The translations under genes were made by a program, and so were the position numbers. Below the pieces are notes generated by a model, which was given only the letters and a program-made list of their open reading frames with translations, searched no databases and had not been told where the DNA came from. A DNA stretch of 34,647 nt from Callorhinchus milii. Its lineage: Eukaryota. The DNA is taken from assembly GCF_018977255.1 (NCBI RefSeq), contig NW_024704953.1, positions 62,001 through 96,647 of the forward strand, in the 5' to 3' direction. Below, piece after piece: positions 32,997 to 34,647 of this stretch; the stretch's first letter is position 1, and the number at the start of each line of letters is the position of its first letter.

Positions 32997-33718
32997 GAAT
33001 ACCAATACTCGTATCGAGCTCTACAATAATAATCAGCGCTGTCTTCAACCTGCAATTCATTAATTTCTAGAGAAGACGTCTTCGATTGCTTGTCTGTCTT
33101 TACAAGAAACCGACCACCACGAGGGATGGGCTTCCAATGTTCCTCGTTTCGAAAATGCCTAAAATAGTCCATGCTGTTGAAACGGTCATCATATCCCGCT
33201 TTGTAGACACATGTGATGGTGAAGACTCGCATTCTTGTTTCCTAACAGACGATGGCGTCTGCTTTACTGATGCACTGTAAACATCTGAAAATTATACATA
33301 ACATGACATTAGTTAAAAAGATCTTCAACACTGACCAGTTCTCATAAAATTGCATCCCTTCCTTAGCTTGTCTTAGTTGATATCAATTGATATAATCTAA
33401 CCATGACGTATAATATAGGCACAATATCAATTCACAAAAATAATTTTATAAATGATTAAATCAGGCTATCATAATACGTTTTACACCAAACGGCTGCCAA
33501 GTTTCGACCACAAAAAATATACTTAATTCACTTTACAATATATAACTTGAAGCGCGTTGTGGCGGCTCTTCGACGTCGATATGCGATATATCAAATTCAA
33601 GGATTATTATTATTAAGAATTTATCGCATATTGTAATGATGACATCCACTGGTGCTGTGTAATGTAAACACTTACATTGTAGGAAGAGGAAGGAGATGGA
33701 TACGCAGATGAGAGACAT
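32997..33718 (-). pseudogene. NAR-TCR V3 (leader 33676-33718 MSLICVSISFLFLQ; V exon 32997-33284) with a 1-nt frameshift at about 33222 (pseudogene or sequencing error)
   Basis: ASVKQTPSSVRKQECES / FTITCVYKAGYDDRFNSMDYFRHFRNEEHWKPIPRGGRFLVKTDKQSKTSSLEINELQVEDSADYYCRARYEYWY; GAG TCT TC ACC versus GAG TCT TTA ACC in V1. Confidence 0.85.
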
Positions 33719-34454
33719 TCTCTCACCGCTGGGAGATACCGTCAGCCCCGAACAACTGAGAGTGACTGTGAGTAACACAGGGCTGAGGGTAAGAGCGTTG
33801 GAGACTCGGTTTATTTGTGTTCAACAGCGTCACATCGTGGCTGGTGTCAGCAGCTTTGAGGGATTGGCGGTGGTTGGTTTGGAGGTGGAGTGGAAGAGCA
33901 TACATTAGGAAAGCTACTGACTGACTGTGCACGAGAACTGGGAGCAGAAGAGGGGTGGCTTTTGGGGGTGACTTTTCACCACTCAATTAGGATTAAATGG
34001 ACAAATAGCCAGGAGCCAATGGGAGGAATTATAAGCAGACGCTCGGATTGGGACAAAGGCTGTGTGATGTTGAGAGGGGCTTTACTGAGAGTTGGGAAAG
34101 ACACATAAAGAAGCAACTAACACACCATTGACTTGGAGTGAGTTTTATTACAGTGACCAGCAGCTGGGTGTGGATGCCGGTCAAAGCAGCGGGGAGTTTG
34201 TGTCATGTGAGTGTTTGGGGGTAAGAGGGAGTTATTGCGGTAAACGATTATAGGTTTGGGGCATTTGTAAGAGCCCTGGGTATTAGAGAGGGTGATACAG
34301 GAATGGAGGGGCTGTATGGCGCATAGCGGGGAAGAAGATGAAGTCATAAGGATGCTTAGTATACACTATTTCCTGTGAAGCGCTTTAAGACGTCACAAAG
34401 ACATAAGGTGCAGCATTCATCAGAATTATTATTATTGATCTTTGTCTCTGGCAT

Positions 34455-34647
34455 TCAGCTTCTCTGTCCGTCTGTCTGTCTGTCTGTCTGACTGTCTGTC
34501 TCTCTGTCTTTCTCTCTATCTGTCAGTCAGTCTGTCTGTCTTTCTTTCTCTCTGTCTCTCTGTCTTTCTCTCTATCTGTCAGTCAGTCTGTCTGTCTTTC
34601 TTCCTCTCTGTCTCTCTCTCTCTCTCTGTCTGTCTGTCTGTTCTGTC
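34455..34647. repeat. (CTGT)n/(CT)n compound microsatellite
   Basis: Directly visible. Confidence 0.95.

Larger units (their letters stand above)
29010..34647. repeat. Tandem duplication unit C (partial; runs off the window)
   Basis: Collinear with 1-5900 and 15870-21140. Confidence 0.88.

Noticed and set aside
1-34647. Prokaryotic features (CRISPR array, operons, rRNA)
   Set aside because: Spliced V genes, RSSs, SINEs and LINEs show vertebrate DNA; the repeats are dispersed or segmental, not repeat-spacer arrays.

Overview
Eukaryotic (vertebrate, almost certainly cartilaginous fish) genomic DNA from the V region of a T-cell receptor alpha/delta locus, with every immune gene segment on the minus strand. 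The window holds about 2.4 copies of a 13-16 kb tandem duplication unit (anchors at 1, 15870 and 29010). Each unit carries a complete NAR-TCR-type cassette: leader, IgNAR-like V (22-bp-spacer RSS), a single 12/12 D, a 23(22)-RSS J with a DGSG motif and splice donor, then a leaderless 'supporting' TCR-delta V with a CDR1 cysteine and its own 23-RSS. These cassettes are interleaved with conventional leader-bearing TCR alpha/delta V genes, V pseudogenes, tRNA-derived SINEs, L2/CR1 LINE fragments and microsatellites. The D, J, leader exons and RSSs are not in the ORF track and were read by hand. NAR-TCR itself is a known system. The most novel-looking points are: paired invariant extra cysteines (NAR-V FR1 and supporting-V CDR1); loss of the canonical Ig Trp in all NAR-Vs; long NAR-V tails suggesting germline V-D joining; an RSS layout that would allow triple-V or hybrid chains; a perfect embedded heptamer in all supporting Vs; homogenised supporting-V 3' halves; and a conserved non-coding element in the J-to-supporting-V intron. 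No TCR D-delta/J-delta/C exons are in the window; they should lie toward lower coordinates. Species and alpha-versus-delta usage of the conventional Vs cannot be fixed from sequence alone.
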